From: an uncultured Dehalococcoidia bacterium
Lineage (GTDB): Bacteria; Chloroflexota; Dehalococcoidia; Lucifugimonadales; UBA3495
DNA: 64,000 nucleotides
Reading direction: 5' to 3'
Assembly: GCA_950072105.1 (NCBI GenBank)
Contig: CATMOE010000008.1
Coordinates: forward strand, 1 to 64,000
The notes beneath the pieces were generated by a model. It saw only the letters and a list, made by a program, of their open reading frames with translations. It ran no database searches and was not told the origin of the DNA. The translations under genes and the position numbers were made by a program. Below are positions 39,542 through 49,208 of this stretch, piece after piece (the first letter of the stretch is position 1; each line of letters starts with the position of its first letter).

Positions 39542-39988
39542 TTGGCGAAATCCAAAGCCAAAACCGTTGACGAGTACTTGGCTGAACTTCCGGAAGACCG
39601 GCGTGCCGAAATCGCCATCGTCCGAAAAGTCATACTGGCCAACTTGCCCGACGGTTATCAGGAAATGATGCAGTTTGGCATGATTGGGTACGTCGTCCCT
39701 TTGGAGCGTTATCCGGTGACCTATAACGGTCAGCCCCTGATGTTTGCCGCCTTAGCTTCTCAGAAGAACTATATGTCGTTGTACCTCATGAACATATGCA
39801 GTGACGAGGCAGTAGAAAAGTGGTTCGTTGAGGGGTATAAGGCCAGCGGGAAAAAATTGGACATGGGTAAGGCTTGTGTCCGGTTTAAGAGTCTGCAAGA
39901 CCTACCGATCGACCTGGTCGGAGAAGCCATAGCCCTTACTCCGGTAGCCGGCTTCATAGAACGGTACGAGCTGTGCCGGAAGAGATAG
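39542..39988 (+). CDS. DUF1801-like protein
   Basis: TVDEYLAELP, LASQKNYMSLYL and DMGKACVRFK motifs. Confidence 0.8.
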   Translation: MAKSKAKTVDEYLAELPEDRRAEIAIVRKVILANLPDGYQEMMQFGMIGYVVPLERYPVTYNGQPLMFAALASQKNYMSLYLMNICSDEAVEKWFVEGYKASGKKLDMGKACVRFKSLQDLPIDLVGEAIALTPVAGFIERYELCRKR

Positions 39989-40039
39989 GACACTTCGATG
40001 ATCCGTAGACGTTCACTGCATCTGGAACCTAACCTTCAA

Positions 40040-40449
40040 TCAATCCCGCACATCGTGCCTGGTCAAAAGTCCCTGCCAGTCAAGGATGCGCTGGTCGGAG
40101 GTCGGTAGGTTTGGCCTCTAAGCAGGGCCGTTGCCGTAATGATACGGTCGGCTGAGTCTCATGGGAGACCTTCGAGTTCCGGTGCTAGAATCCCGATCTC
40201 ACCAGTCAGTGGTATCTCCCCTATGCCTAATCCAAGGGTATTTTGACGCCATGCGCTGTTGGAATAATCCAATATGAGCCGTCCTTGTCTGGTGAGTAAC
40301 GCGATTTCCCAGAAGGAGATTGCTGAAACGAAGAGCAGGTTGTCTCGCAGGGCTTGATCGGCGATGTCGCGGCTGGCCGGACCAAGACGTTGGTCGCCGT
40401 TCATGGCCCAAATACGGATGTTGGTATCCAGAAGAATGGGACTACCCAT
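40040..40449 (-). pseudogene. vapC: VapC/PIN toxin pseudogene (internal TGA plus frameshift)
   Basis: LLDTN and SAISFWEI, then *DSADRIITATA, then TSDQRILDW in another frame. Confidence 0.8.
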
Positions 40450-40701
40450 TCTCAGCTTTTCATTCTTCTCTAATGACTATAGTCATGACCATAGAAACAT
40501 ATCAGCATTTACGGATTGACCCAGATTGATGACTTATTCAAGACTGTCGAGGGTTCGCTTGCTTCTCTTGCGGCTCTTTTGATGGTCGGTATTTGACCGC
40601 CTGTCCCTTGGACGGGTATATTATCCTGCGACAACAATTCCGGCCCGGGAACGTGCCATGATAACTAGGTGTGATGGTAATCTGATGACGCAAGGTCGGT
40701 T

Positions 40702-41403
40702 GTGTACGCGCTGATTCTAGCCGGCGGCAAAGGCGAAAGGCTCAGACCTTTGACCGATACGCTTCCCAAACCCATGGTGCCGGTGTGTGGAAAACCCATA
40801 CTTTGGCATCAAGTTCAGTGGCTTAAAGAAGCCGGGGTGACCGACGTGGTCTTTTTGGCGGGTTACCGCTGGGAAGCGATCCAGGATTATTTTGGAGACG
40901 GTCAAGCTTTTGGCATCAGAGCCCATTACAGTGTGGAAGACTCGCCGTTGGGCCGGGGTGGGGCCATCCGGAACGGATTTCCTCTCGTACCTGAAGAGGA
41001 GGATCTGGTAGTGGTCCTTAACGGCGACGTGATAACCCAGGAGCCTTTCGGTTCGCTATCACGGCGTCATGAGGAAAGGAAATCGGCCAATCCGTCCCAC
41101 TTGGCAACAATCATGGTGGTGCCCTTCGTCAGTCCCTACGGGCTGGTGGACATGAATCCTGATGACGACGTGATCGGGTTTCGAGAGAAAGTGCCGATGC
41201 CTTACTGGATCAACGCCGGCGTTTATCTATTTGAACGGCGCATGGCTTTGGAGATGCCCGAGTTGGGAGACCATGAGACGGAGACTTTCCCTAGGCTGGC
41301 CCAGGAGGGCAAACTTTCCGCGGTGAAATCCCAGGTCTTCTGGCACAGCGTGGACTCATTCAAGGATCTGCGGGAAGTGGAAGAACATCTGGGGAGCCAA
41401 TAA
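40702..41403 (+). CDS. Sugar-phosphate nucleotidyltransferase family protein
   Basis: LAGGKGERLRPLT..PKPM, NGD and INAGVY motifs. Confidence 0.9.
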   Translation: MYALILAGGKGERLRPLTDTLPKPMVPVCGKPILWHQVQWLKEAGVTDVVFLAGYRWEAIQDYFGDGQAFGIRAHYSVEDSPLGRGGAIRNGFPLVPEEEDLVVVLNGDVITQEPFGSLSRRHEERKSANPSHLATIMVVPFVSPYGLVDMNPDDDVIGFREKVPMPYWINAGVYLFERRMALEMPELGDHETETFPRLAQEGKLSAVKSQVFWHSVDSFKDLREVEEHLGSQ

Positions 41404-41457
41404 TCTGGATATCCGTGTGGAGCTCAATCTTCGACGGGGTGGCGAAAGCCGACGTCT

Positions 41458-42426
41458 ATGACTCAGAGAGAAACCGCAAACCCTACAGCCGCCGGCGGCA
41501 TCGCGCAAGCGGTCGCCAGCGTTAAAGAAAATATCGAAAAAGTCTTGGTGGGGAAAGGCGGGGTCATAGAACTGACCCTAGCTGCCGTTCTCAGCAGTGG
41601 CCACATTCTGATTGAAGACGTGCCTGGTATCGGCAAGACTACACTGGCCCGAGCATTGGCCAGTTCTCTAGATTGCACCTTCCATCGGATCCAGTTCACC
41701 CCCGATCTGATGCCGTCAGACATCACCGGCATCAACTTTTACAACCAGAAAAGCGGCGACTTTGAGTTTCGGCCCGGGCCCATAATCGCCCAAGTGGTGC
41801 TGGCGGACGAAATCAACCGCGCCACACCCCGCACCCAGTCGGCGCTTTTGGAGGCCATGGGCGAGCGTCAGTTGACGGTAGATGACGTTACCATTACCCT
41901 GCCCGTTCCCTTCCTGGTGATCGCGACTCAAAATCCCATCGAGTTGGAAGGGACATTCCCTTTGCCTGAAGCCCAATTAGACCGGTTTTTGTTGCGCCTG
42001 AGATTGGGCTACCCCACAGAGGACGAAGAAGAGGCAATGTTGACTCGGTTCCAGACTGACGACCCGCTGAAGGACCTCGCAGCGGTGCTCGGGGCCTCAG
42101 ACATTGCCTCACTGCAGGACGCCGTCCGGGAAGTCCATTTCGACCCCGTGCTGCGAAATTATTTGGTCCAATTGGTACAGGCCACCCGAAGCCATGGGGA
42201 CGTGGAATTGGGCGCCAGCCCTCGGGCCACGATGGGCCTCTACCGGTGCAGCCAAGCCTTGGCGGCGATCCGGGGGAGGGATTACGTGACCCCCGACGAT
42301 CTGAAAACCCTGGCCCCCTTGGCTCTAGCCCACAGAATGATTCTTAAGTCCCAGGCCCGGCTGCGGGAGCGTACGCCGGAGAGCATCATCGACGAGATTC
42401 TGGCCCAGGTACAAGTGCCCGTATAG
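41458..42426 (+). CDS. MoxR-family AAA+ ATPase
   Basis: EDVPGIGKT, RIQFTPDL, ADEINR, ATQNP and LPEAQLDRF motifs. Confidence 0.95.
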   Translation: MTQRETANPTAAGGIAQAVASVKENIEKVLVGKGGVIELTLAAVLSSGHILIEDVPGIGKTTLARALASSLDCTFHRIQFTPDLMPSDITGINFYNQKSGDFEFRPGPIIAQVVLADEINRATPRTQSALLEAMGERQLTVDDVTITLPVPFLVIATQNPIELEGTFPLPEAQLDRFLLRLRLGYPTEDEEEAMLTRFQTDDPLKDLAAVLGASDIASLQDAVREVHFDPVLRNYLVQLVQATRSHGDVELGASPRATMGLYRCSQALAAIRGRDYVTPDDLKTLAPLALAHRMILKSQARLRERTPESIIDEILAQVQVPV

Positions 42427-42444
42427 GGGCCTAAACGACCGATC

Positions 42445-43665
42445 ATGCTCAACGAAGTTTGGCTCCTAGTTAGCTTGGTCATCTTGTTTATCGGCTTGGT
42501 GGCCAGCCAAGGACTCCTATTGGTTCTTGGGGCTCTTAGCCTGATTGTCTCTTTAGTGGCCAAGTATTGGGACCGTTTTGCCTTCCAGAAAGTAACCCAC
42601 TTTCGAACCCTCTCTAACAACCGGGCCTTTGTTGGTGATTCCGTGGAATACGTAATCACCCTTTCCAATGAAAAAGTGCTTCCTTTGATCTGGTTAGATA
42701 TTCAGGACGCATTTCCGGAAGGTTTGGAATTGCCCGGCGGCAATCTGCGTGGCAGCGGCGCCGAAGTGACGAGACAACACTGCATCACCACCTCTTTGCT
42801 TCCTTATCAAAAAGTCTCCTGGAAGTATAAGATCAAATGCACCGCCCGAGGATACCACCGCATCGGGCCGGTCCGATTGCGCAGTGGGGATATCTTTGGA
42901 TTCAGCTCCGCGGAGATCCACTATCCGAAAGTGGAACACCTGCTGGTGTATCCCAGGATCGTCGATCTGGGCGCATTGATCTTACCGGAGCAACATCCGC
43001 TGGGTGAAAGCAAGTCGTGGAAACCAGTCGTTCAAGACACCACGCGGTTCCTACGGCAGCGAGATTACAATCCCATAGACCCAATGAAACATATCGACTG
43101 GAAGGCGTCAGCCCGGAGGCAGCGTCTACAGACCAAGGTCTTTGAACCGGTGGTTTCTTTGAACGTTCTGATCGCGCTGAACGCGGCCACCAGCGAATTC
43201 GCGTGGCAGGGGAGTAACCGGCGCTTTTTTGAGCGGGCGGTGACGGCGGCGGCGTCAGTAGCAAACGATGCGGCCCTAAGCGGCTACAGCTTTGGCCTGG
43301 TCAGCAATGCGGTGGCCAGCTACTCAGGTAAATGGCTTAGCGTTCCCATGGGGGCGTCTTCCACCCAGCTCTCCTTGGTCCTGGAATCCTTGGCGATGGC
43401 TGGGCCGTATGTGGTAACTCCTCTGACCGAAGTGTTGCGTGGCGAGCGAGCTTCGCTACCCGCCGGAACGACGGTGGTGGTGGTCACTTCAATATTGACT
43501 CAGGTCATGGCGACGGAAATAGCCTATATCAAGGAGAGCGGGTATCAGGTCCGGGTGCTTTACACCGGCGACCAGGCCCCGTCAGTAGAATTGCCCGGCG
43601 TACCGGTGGTACGTCTGGGGAGAGTTTTAGACGCTCAGGTGGAAGATGAACCAGCTATGGCGTAA
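42445..43665 (+). CDS. DUF58 domain protein
   Basis: RDY..DPMKHIDWKASAR; typical MoxR neighbour. Confidence 0.88.
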   Translation: MLNEVWLLVSLVILFIGLVASQGLLLVLGALSLIVSLVAKYWDRFAFQKVTHFRTLSNNRAFVGDSVEYVITLSNEKVLPLIWLDIQDAFPEGLELPGGNLRGSGAEVTRQHCITTSLLPYQKVSWKYKIKCTARGYHRIGPVRLRSGDIFGFSSAEIHYPKVEHLLVYPRIVDLGALILPEQHPLGESKSWKPVVQDTTRFLRQRDYNPIDPMKHIDWKASARRQRLQTKVFEPVVSLNVLIALNAATSEFAWQGSNRRFFERAVTAAASVANDAALSGYSFGLVSNAVASYSGKWLSVPMGASSTQLSLVLESLAMAGPYVVTPLTEVLRGERASLPAGTTVVVVTSILTQVMATEIAYIKESGYQVRVLYTGDQAPSVELPGVPVVRLGRVLDAQVEDEPAMA

Positions 43666-45073
43666 CAGCGCCGTCACTGGCGTCGGGCTATTCCTAGAGT
43701 CTTGCGCTTTTTACCTGGTGATCAAATTGATCAGCGCCGGCCTGGGTCAATCGATGGCAGCGCTGCCGATCTGGTTGGTCGTAGTTGCCATCCTTTGGGC
43801 CTACGTGCTTTCTTCGTACGTACAAACAATGAAGTTCACGTCCAATCTTCGTGGCCTGGTTGGATTGGGCATCTCGGGGCTGTCTATATTGGTATTGGCT
43901 CATCTACACACCGGCATGGGAGTATTGCCGGTGGGAGCGTTCATCGGTTCCAATTTCGATACCATCGCGCGACAGGTATTAGTTTTCGCTTTCTTGGTCC
44001 TCTTGTGGTGGCGAGGCACCACCATCGCTCAAGATGAAGTAACGCTGGATACGGTTAGGGCCTCGTTCCAGTGGGGATTGATGGTCCTCTTCGCGGCCGT
44101 ACTGATAGATACCGTGGCCGAAGCCGACTTGGTCAACGGATTCCTGGTGATCGGATACTTTGGTGTTGGCCTGGTTGGCATGGCCCTGGCGAGGTTTTCT
44201 TCCGAGGCCGGTGATTCCCAGATCATGTCTTTCGAATGGTGGATGCCCATCACCGTCAGCGTTGGCGCGGTGCTCATCCTTGGGATGGTCATCAGCGGAA
44301 TCGGCTTGGGGGGTCTCGACGACGTAACCCGGGCGATCTTAAAGTTAGTCGGAAACATCGGTTTTTGGATGATAAAACCGCTGCTTCTTGGATTGGGCTA
44401 CATCGCCGGGGTATTGGTGGCTGTGGGCAACTGGTTGTCCAGTATGTTCGGAGGAGGCGACCTCAGCGGACTTGCCAGAGCACAGGAACAGATCCGCCAA
44501 TTCCACGATACCATGCAACAAGAAGCCGGCGATGACGGACCACCTGGGGCGTTGATTTTTCTGATCAAGTTTTTGGGATTTACCGTTGGGATCTCATTGG
44601 CGGCCTGGATCATTTACCGGATATTTAGGTTTCGCCGCCTGCACCAAGGCACCGGCGTTGTTGAGGAAACCCGTGAGTCTTTATTCAGCTGGAGCCAGGC
44701 TAACCAGGACCTTTCATCGCTCATCAGCGCCTGGTGGAACAAGTGGACGTCGGGAGGACCTGGCAAGAAGGCGATCGCCCAGCCGCGCGACCCTCGCGAG
44801 GTTTATCACGCGCTGCTGGACCTGTCGGCTGAGTCCGGGCGGCCAAGAGAAGAGTGGCAAACTCCCAGGGAGCACGAAGGCACCTTAGATGGATTGTTCC
44901 CCTCAGAGCCGGTAGATCGAATCGTCGATGGATTTCAGCACGTTTATTATGGGGAAGCTGAAGCTACAACGCCGGAGATCGAAGGGTTGCAGTCCGATTG
45001 GACCGCCATCAACGAACATCTTGCGGAGCTTAATCGCCAGAAGGAAGAGAAAGACGGCCACACGGGCGAGTAG
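43646..45073 (+). CDS. Multi-pass membrane protein with a DUF4129-like C-terminus
   Basis: Many TM segments; QTPREH...YYG C-terminal motif. Confidence 0.75.
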   Translation: MNQLWRNSAVTGVGLFLESCAFYLVIKLISAGLGQSMAALPIWLVVVAILWAYVLSSYVQTMKFTSNLRGLVGLGISGLSILVLAHLHTGMGVLPVGAFIGSNFDTIARQVLVFAFLVLLWWRGTTIAQDEVTLDTVRASFQWGLMVLFAAVLIDTVAEADLVNGFLVIGYFGVGLVGMALARFSSEAGDSQIMSFEWWMPITVSVGAVLILGMVISGIGLGGLDDVTRAILKLVGNIGFWMIKPLLLGLGYIAGVLVAVGNWLSSMFGGGDLSGLARAQEQIRQFHDTMQQEAGDDGPPGALIFLIKFLGFTVGISLAAWIIYRIFRFRRLHQGTGVVEETRESLFSWSQANQDLSSLISAWWNKWTSGGPGKKAIAQPRDPREVYHALLDLSAESGRPREEWQTPREHEGTLDGLFPSEPVDRIVDGFQHVYYGEAEATTPEIEGLQSDWTAINEHLAELNRQKEEKDGHTGE

Positions 45074-45074
45074 G

Positions 45075-45977
45075 CTATAGAAAGCGGGGAATCACCTCCC
45101 GGGCGATGGTCTCCATCAAACGGGTTATCGTGTCCACGTCCCCGGTGTTGAGCGCCAAGACGACGTGCTGGACGCCGGCAGTCTCATAGGCGGCTAGCGA
45201 GGCGGCAATTGCGTCTGGATCATCGCCGGATATGCGCGCCCGGCCGGCGGACCGGCTGCTGGACGGTCCGCCGTGAGCCTCCACCTCTATTCGCAAAGAC
45301 ATGGCCAGCGATTCCGGCGCTCTGCCGGCCGCGGTTGCCATCTCCTCAATCTCACGGCGGCCTATGCTGAATTCCTCCGGACTAAGGCCGGTAGGGTGCC
45401 AACCGTCTCCCCGAAGCGCGGCCCGCCGCATAGCCCCAGGGCTGGAGCCGCCGATCCACAAAGGGATATGAGGTTTCTGAACCGGTTTGGGCGAAAATAG
45501 TAGATCGGTGAACTTCCAGCGGCGGCTCTCGTAGGTGGGGCTGGGGCTAGTCCATAGCTCCTTCATGATGGCGATGCATTCGTTGGTCAGAGATGCCCGG
45601 TCCCGCATGGAGATGCCCAGGGCGTCGAACTCTTCGGTCATGGCCCCAACACCCACACCCAGGATGACTCTCCCGCCGGAGATCTGGTCCAAGCTGGCGG
45701 CGTATTTCGCCAACTCCACCGGGTTGTGGTAGGGCAATACCAGGACGGATGTGCCCAACATGACCCGTTTGGTGGTGGCGGCGAGATAGGAAAGAGTGGA
45801 CATTGGATGGTAGTAGGGTTTGCCCTCCAGCCGCTCCCGGATGTACCCAGTATTGAAGAGGTGGTCCATGACCCAGACAGAGTCATAGCCCAATTCCTCG
45901 GCCAACGGGCCAAAATCCAGCACCTGCTGAGGGTCCTCGATGCCCCAATTGTTGGGTATGGTGACGCCGAATTTCAC
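45075..45977 (-). CDS. LLM-class (F420-dependent type) oxidoreductase
   Basis: GYDSVWVMDH, SGGRVILGVGVG and GDGWHP motifs. Confidence 0.88.
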   Translation of the reverse strand: MKFGVTIPNNWGIEDPQQVLDFGPLAEELGYDSVWVMDHLFNTGYIRERLEGKPYYHPMSTLSYLAATTKRVMLGTSVLVLPYHNPVELAKYAASLDQISGGRVILGVGVGAMTEEFDALGISMRDRASLTNECIAIMKELWTSPSPTYESRRWKFTDLLFSPKPVQKPHIPLWIGGSSPGAMRRAALRGDGWHPTGLSPEEFSIGRREIEEMATAAGRAPESLAMSLRIEVEAHGGPSSSRSAGRARISGDDPDAIAASLAAYETAGVQHVVLALNTGDVDTITRLMETIAREVIPRFL

Positions 45978-46009
45978 GATTCCTCTGCAACTTGCCCGTG
46001 GGCGAATTC

Positions 46010-46104
46010 CGTCAGCGGTCAGCCGTCAGCTAAGGCCCGTTGTCCACCGGGAGCCCATTGCTGCTTGGTGTTTGCTGAAAGCTGATTGCTGATGGCCGAT
46101 GGCT
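46010..46104. repeat. Inverted heptamer arrays (MITE-like)
   Basis: Three nnTCAGC units at 46010-46030 face four GCTGAnn-type units at 46074-46101. Confidence 0.6.
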
Positions 46105-46578
46105 TTATCCGGTGTTGATCGCCTGCACCAGACGGGCTGTTTCGATAGCCGCGACCGCGGCGTTGCTGCCCAGATTACCCGACTTACCCCCGGCACGGTT
46201 CAAGGCCTGTTCCATGTTTTCGGTGGTGAGTACGCCGAATATCGTCGGCACCCCCGTGTCCACCCCGACCTGCCCGATACCACGGGACGCATGACCGGCG
46301 ACCATGTCATAGTGGCCGGTTTCGCCTCGAATCACGGCTCCCAAACAGATTATCGAGTCGTACCTGCCAGTATCGGCCAGATTCTTCGCGGCCACCGGCA
46401 ACTCGAACGCTCCCGGAACCCAAACGATGCTGATGTCGTTGTCGCTTACGCCGTAACGTGATAACGTCCCAATCGCTCCATCCATCAGTGGCCGCGTCAC
46501 CAATTCGTTGAAGCGGGCTACAACCACCGCCACCCTTAAACCTTGGCCGTTCATGTCTCCACTTAGCTCTTTGGGCAA
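46105..46578 (-). CDS. ribH: 6,7-dimethyl-8-ribityllumazine synthase
   Basis: [20 protein letters not shown] and FGVLT motifs. Confidence 0.96.
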   Translation of the reverse strand: MPKELSGDMNGQGLRVAVVVARFNELVTRPLMDGAIGTLSRYGVSDNDISIVWVPGAFELPVAAKNLADTGRYDSIICLGAVIRGETGHYDMVAGHASRGIGQVGVDTGVPTIFGVLTTENMEQALNRAGGKSGNLGSNAAVAAIETARLVQAINTG

Positions 46579-46608
46579 GACATTTCTCCTGGTCTGAATT
46601 GGCTATCG

Positions 46609-47319
46609 CTAGCCGGTGGTTCCATCGGCGGTCACGGGCTCCGGGCGCACCCCCGCCTCTAGCACCTTTTCCAACAGTTGTGGCTCGGATAGGGGTCCGG
46701 ACAACCGGATGTGCTCGTTGATCACGGTTACAGGCACTGAGCGCACCCCGTAATTTCGGGCTAGCAACGGAAACTCTTGGATCTCCACCACGTCGGCGGC
46801 GACCAACGGGTTCTCGATGGCCAGAGCGTGGGCCAAACAGGCCAAGCCCGGACAATCGGCGCTGGCGGGTGTTACGAACACTTGAATGTGGACCTTCTGG
46901 GTGAGCTTCCGCAGCTTTTTCCGGGTGTCCATGCTCAGAGGGCTGACACTTCGGGATATGGTCTTGATATCGGCTACCATGGCGGCCATACCGTATCCCA
47001 TAGGCGCGCCGTAAAACTTAACTCGGGACGACCCGTCCGTGCTGATGACAATGGCCGGAATACGGGTTACGCCTTGGTCCTGGGCAACTTGGGGGTCGTT
47101 GTAGAAATCGACCGTTTCAAGATCGATCTTGGGTGTCAGCGCGGCCAACTCCTCCAACAGTTGTAGGGTTTGTGGGCAGCGGGGACACTCCCGGCCCGGA
47201 ATCGTTATCACGGACGGTTTCTGGGTAAACAGGCGAATCTGGACCTGCGCTTTCAGGTCTTTTCTAAAGGTCCGCTTTAACTGGGACCTATCTTGGTCGG
47301 AAATCATCGGTTTTTGCAT
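46609..47319 (-). CDS. Two-domain protein disulfide oxidoreductase (AhpF N-terminal/PDO-like)
   Basis: N-terminal CPRC, C-terminal SADC and VRSVP. Confidence 0.82.
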   Translation of the reverse strand: MQKPMISDQDRSQLKRTFRKDLKAQVQIRLFTQKPSVITIPGRECPRCPQTLQLLEELAALTPKIDLETVDFYNDPQVAQDQGVTRIPAIVISTDGSSRVKFYGAPMGYGMAAMVADIKTISRSVSPLSMDTRKKLRKLTQKVHIQVFVTPASADCPGLACLAHALAIENPLVAADVVEIQEFPLLARNYGVRSVPVTVINEHIRLSGPLSEPQLLEKVLEAGVRPEPVTADGTTG

Positions 47320-47439
47320 GGTTAAGTCGCTCTCCATGCTGGGGTGCTTGGGGCCTAAACCGGGAGTATCCGGTGCAGTTTGTAGCCGGGCCCAACGGCC
47401 AGTCTCGAACGATTACCAGTGTACACGCGAAGCTAGACG

Positions 47440-48051
47440 TTATCCACCCTGATCCAACTCGCGGCGGATGGTGAACATTCTTTGGAAAAGCGTGAAGCAG
47501 GAAACCGCGGCAATGAGGAGGAGGACCCAAAAGATCTGTCCTATCAGCAAGCCGATGCCCAGAAGGATAACCCGTTCGGTACGGGTCATTAATCCGGACC
47601 TGGAGAAAACGCCCAATCCCTCTCCGCGGGCCCGTAGATAGCTGACCCCTTGGGAGAAGATCAGCGCTAGAAATAACACGATAATGAATACTAGGAGGTA
47701 TGATTCGTCGAAGTTTGCCCCAAGGGCGTAGAACGCCAACCCCACGAACAGGGCGGCTTCTCCCAGACGGTCAAAGACGGAGTCAAGAAGGGCGCCGAAT
47801 GGGCTAACCTTGCCGGTAAGGCGGGCTAATGCCCCGTCCATCAGGTCTAGACCGCTGCCCAGGAGAAAGACGATGCCTCCAGCCAGCAGCCAGCCAGAAC
47901 CGACGAGATATGCCGCCACGACGGTAAACCCAAAACCGATGAGCGTCACTGCGTTGGGGGTCAGCTTTAATGCTCTGAGGAATCGGGCGCCGGGCAGCTC
48001 AACGTATTGAAGTATGGCCTCTCTTATCTGCTCTCTTCCTGGTACGGCCAT
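47440..48051 (-). CDS. CDP-alcohol phosphatidyltransferase (phosphatidylinositol-phosphate synthase-like)
   Basis: TPNAVT, DLMDGALAR..FGALLDSVFDR and SYLRARGE motifs. Confidence 0.88.
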   Translation of the reverse strand: MAVPGREQIREAILQYVELPGARFLRALKLTPNAVTLIGFGFTVVAAYLVGSGWLLAGGIVFLLGSGLDLMDGALARLTGKVSPFGALLDSVFDRLGEAALFVGLAFYALGANFDESYLLVFIIVLFLALIFSQGVSYLRARGEGLGVFSRSGLMTRTERVILLGIGLLIGQIFWVLLLIAAVSCFTLFQRMFTIRRELDQGG

Positions 48052-49165
48052 TGGCTAAACTCATACAGTCTTTATAATAATCTTCCACCTGGGCGGCGAC
48101 CCGGTCCCACCGGTATTGCTCAACTGTTTGGCGGCCCTGGGACCCCAGTTTATTACGCAATTGGGGGTCACGAATCAGCGTACCCAGCGCTTGGGCCAGG
48201 CCTTCTATGTCTTTGCGGGGAAATAACAGGCACTCCTGGCCGTGGGTAACGATACCGGCGTACCCTTCGATGTCGGAAGCGACCACCGGCTTTCCCGCGG
48301 CCATGGCCTCCAGCAGCACAATGCCGAAGCTTTCCGCGCCGGTGGCCGGCGAACAGAATATGTCGGCGCTGGCGTAGTAACGAGGCAGGTCTTCATAGGG
48401 AACCGAGCCGGTAAATACCACGTCGTTCAGGCCCCGGCCACCAAGTATGCTGTGGGATTCCTTATCTGGGGAGCCGGGACCCACAACCAATAGCCTAATG
48501 TCCGGCAGGTCCCATTTCAGGCGGCTGAAGGCTTCCAGCAGGTACCTCAGCCCTTTGCGCTTCTCAAGACGTCCGACGAACAAGATGTTGATCTTGCCGT
48601 CCTGGTATTCAGGCCACGGCGCCGCCTTAGTTGAGAAGTGGTCCAGGTCTATCCCATTGGGGATGATTTTGTAATTTCCGGGAAACGCGCTGCTTACATA
48701 ACGTAGCGCGGCGGGGGAGACGGCGATACCTCCGTCCAAACGCTGGTGCCATCGCTTGATGAGGGGATGGCTGAGGTGGTACAGGTGGCTGTGCTTATAG
48801 GAGGCGTGAAAGGTGCCTATGTTGACCGCGTCGGAAAATTCCAGAACGCAAAGGGGCAATATGGGCGCCATCGGCTCGTGGAGATGGACGATATCGAAGG
48901 CCTCCCGCTGCAAAAGGGCCCGGACCTTGGGGTACAACCACCAAGAAAGGGAAACCCGGGCGGTGGATCCGCCGCTGGGCAGCGGAACCGACCTGCCCAG
49001 TGCGACGAACGGTTCGTCGTTTTCATTTTGACGGGATGGCGAGTGGGGTGCCAGGACCTGAACTTCATGGCCGTTCCGGCCCAACTCCCGGGCTAGTTGG
49101 GTGACGTGGGCAGTTACCCCACCGGGCCAGGTGAAATCGTAGGGTGAAACCATGGCGATTTTCAC
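47999..49165 (-). CDS. GT4 glycosyltransferase, PimA-like
   Basis: MVSPY...GGV..H, HLHEP, TFH and ESFGIVLLEAMAAG motifs. Confidence 0.85.
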   Translation of the reverse strand: MKIAMVSPYDFTWPGGVTAHVTQLARELGRNGHEVQVLAPHSPSRQNENDEPFVALGRSVPLPSGGSTARVSLSWWLYPKVRALLQREAFDIVHLHEPMAPILPLCVLEFSDAVNIGTFHASYKHSHLYHLSHPLIKRWHQRLDGGIAVSPAALRYVSSAFPGNYKIIPNGIDLDHFSTKAAPWPEYQDGKINILFVGRLEKRKGLRYLLEAFSRLKWDLPDIRLLVVGPGSPDKESHSILGGRGLNDVVFTGSVPYEDLPRYYASADIFCSPATGAESFGIVLLEAMAAGKPVVASDIEGYAGIVTHGQECLLFPRKDIEGLAQALGTLIRDPQLRNKLGSQGRQTVEQYRWDRVAAQVEDYYKDCMSLANGRTRKRADKRGHTSIR

Positions 49166-49208
49166 GCAGTCCCTCCAGATAGCGGCCGAGAGGCAACCCG
49201 TATCCGGG

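Noticed and set aside
40159..40161. In-frame TGA in vapC as a possible Sec codon
   Set aside because: The position (LP*DSADR) is not a conserved Cys in PIN domains, and the gene also has a frameshift, so this is ordinary decay.
45978..46104. FMN riboswitch near ribH
   Set aside because: The region is downstream of ribH and has no FMN aptamer consensus.
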